Shown here in pieces: positions 61,691-64,000 of a DNA stretch of 64,000 nucleotides. Under the pieces are notes generated by a model. The model saw only the letters and a list, made by a program, of their open reading frames with translations. It searched no databases and was not told where the DNA came from. How positions within the stretch are numbered: the first letter of the stretch is position 1; the number at the start of each line of letters is the position of its first letter. Source of the DNA: Eledone cirrhosa (lineage: Eukaryota); the NCBI GenBank assembly GCA_964016885.1, contig OZ024745.1, positions 10,416,001-10,480,000 on the forward strand. The letters run 5' to 3'. A program made the translations under genes and the position numbers.

Positions 61691-62519
61691 ACTCCATGCC
61701 TACCCTAATTGAATGGACTATGACCATCCCATATACTACCCCCACCAATGTATTCTTTCCTTTTTAAGACTGGGAGTTCTTATTTCAAGGTGGTTTGGCG
61801 GTTATTTTTAGTCGGTTGAATGACCACAACCAGGTAGAAGAGTGAAGCAGTAACGAGAGTTTGATTTAGATCAAATGTTATGTAGTGCCCCAGTATGGCC
61901 ACAGTCCTATGATTGAAAACAAGAATGCTCAAACATTTTACAGTGTGGGTTTGGTGGGGGAAATGGGATGGGGAGAGGTAGGTCTAGGGTGGTGCACTTA
62001 TCTGGTGAAGAGTTGGGTGTAGGGACATTGCCTGATTAAGATAGCCATTGCTCTCTAAAAATATTTGAGACAACCTAAAACAAGACATTGTGGTTGATGG
62101 CGAGGCTGAGGTGCTGAAATAGCCAAACACACACTAATGAGCATCACGTGATACTTCAAGACAATGCCACAAATGATATCAAAATCTTTGTTGGCTCAGT
62201 TCCTTCAAGTATCATGAGTACCTTGATGCTTTATTTGGGGGAGGCTGGACCACCCGGATAGGGTCCTTTTTAAAGTAAAGTTTTTAATTGAAGAACTTAA
62301 TTGTAGCGCCCTTCAAGTTAAGGGGTTTCAAATGTGAACTTTACGTTCTCAAACATTGTTTCACAGCATGTCTATTATTTATTCATTGAATTCTCCCTCT
62401 CCAGCATGGTCCTTCATTTCTGTGGTGTTCCCTTGGTGTCCCAATTTTCTGATCTTGCTGTCAAGCCCACCTTTCACTCTAAACTGTCAAATCTTAAGCT
62501 ATTATTAAAAAATATTGAT

Positions 62520-62600
62520 AAATAATGAAAATTATTGTGTACAATGCTCAGGTGCACTACAACTCATCAAAGGTGCATGTATAGTACATAGAATAATGTA
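62520..62600 (-). mobile_element. CR1 3' terminal fragment
   Basis: ATTGTGTACAATGCTCAGGTGCACTACAACTCATCAAAGGTGCATG matches 55012-55060. Confidence 0.85.
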
Positions 62601-62879
62601 ATTGAACTCCTAAGTTTTTTTATTCTTTGGTATTACCTATCCTCTAGTTATTATACATCCTTTGAGTTAGACCCTTATTTAAATTTTCATTGTCCCTGCA
62701 ACTCTTTGATAACCTAATCATTGAGAAACTGGAAAACTTGATTTAATGTTAGACTGTCTCCAAGTGGCACCAGAGTTGGGTTTAGACCTTGAGGGGCCTG
62801 GGTCACTTCAGGTTTGGCAAGGCCCCTCATACACAAACAATTAGAATACACAGCAAACCCCCTAATTTTACATATCAAA

Positions 62880-62960
62880 GAGATTTGAGGTCCGCTCTCA
62901 CAACCTCTGCCCAGGTCTTTTTGGTTGTCCTCTACCTACGACTTCCTTCCACTGGGATTT
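62880..62960 (-). mobile_element. RTE-B-like ORF fragment
   Basis: The minus strand reads IPVEGSRR..KKTWAEVVRADLK. Confidence 0.7.
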
Positions 62961-63444
62961 ATCCCTAGTAAATAAGAGTTTTAATCCTGGTGTACAATAT
63001 TTAAAAAAAGATCTTCTAATTAAATCAATACTCAGGTAACTTTGTAATCAACTGTCATAGGTGTCATGATTTGATCAGTTTATAATGTTTTATTTCACTA
63101 GAAAATCAAATAACAGTTGATTGATTGTGGTTTATCAGAGCATAAACATATTTGAACTGCAAGAGTGGAGGATGGACGTTAAACGATGATGATGATGATG
63201 AAAGCTATAAAACAGGGATTTTTTTATCGTTAAAATAAATTCTAATTAAATATAATTATTGATTGATTTAGATTAGTAATATTGTCCGAAAATTAGATTA
63301 AAAAAATCTGTTAATAAAACCAATTAGGATAATGTAAATTTATTGGAAATCTGAAAACTTGTAATTTCCCAAAAGTTAACGAATAGTCTTCTGGACTTCA
63401 GTTGTAACTGTTGTGGTTTGGCTATAATGTGAAGGTTTGTAAAT

Positions 63445-63835
63445 AAGGGTTTCTAATTTAGGTACAGGGCCAACAATTTTGAGACAGGGGAGAGTTGATT
63501 AAACTAACCCCAGTGCATTACTGGTACTTTATTTTATCGACTCTGTAAGGAGGAAAAGCAAAGCTAAACTTTGTGGGGTTTGAACACAGAACGTAAAGGG
63601 ACGTAACTATATGCCACAAAGCATGTTCGATGATTTCTAATCTAAGTTCATGGTCTGCAATTTTGGGGGAGTGGAAGGTTTATTATATCAGCTCCAGTAT
63701 TTGACTGGTATTTTATTTTAGTGGCTCCGGAGGGATGAAAGGCCAAGTTGACCTTGGTGGGATTTGAACTCAGAATGTAAAGAGCCGGAATAAATGCCAC
63801 AAAGCATTTACCCAACGCTCTATAGATTCTACCAA
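63445..63835 (-). mobile_element. Tandem pair of SINE family B
   Basis: Same motifs as 60755-61157, more diverged. Confidence 0.8.
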
Positions 63836-64000
63836 ATTAACCCCCATAAATTTTAAAAATAATTAACACCTTTAAATAGTTCATCATCATAAAATGACAA
63901 CAGTGTTGGTAGTGATGATGATGATGGTGGTGGTGGTGGTGATGATGGTGATGAACACATTTCAAGAAATTATTGGACACAAAATGGCCCAATTTTATTT

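Overview
AT-rich eukaryotic (animal) genomic DNA made almost entirely of repeats. The SINE/LINE repertoire and microsatellite load look like a coleoid cephalopod such as Octopus (inference, not verified). I see no confidently identifiable host protein-coding gene, rRNA, intact tRNA or CRISPR. Retroelements: three RTE-clade LINE copies from two families, each with a PHD-type finger after the RT; a CR1-group LINE inserted into a minisatellite; CR1 3' fragments; an R4/Dong LINE with an internal inversion; a complete non-autonomous LTR element (tRNA-Trp PBS, AACT TSD, mismatched U5 regions); several tRNA-derived SINE families; and a Penelope-type hammerhead ribozyme motif. Other features: two MITEs, nine long minisatellites (units of 8, 22, 25/27, 32, 40, 51, 61, 61 and about 75 bp) and two promoter-like regions (about 12.1-12.4 kb and 59.4-59.6 kb). 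The most interesting observations are: (i) satellites traceably born from transposon pieces; (ii) module swapping between two RTE LINEs and a CORE-like SINE; (iii) an array of about 41 CTCF-like motifs; (iv) a 51-bp satellite that keeps one 1430-codon frame open, with several synonymous variants and an in-frame indel. Coordinates were read by eye, and repeat boundaries are approximate.
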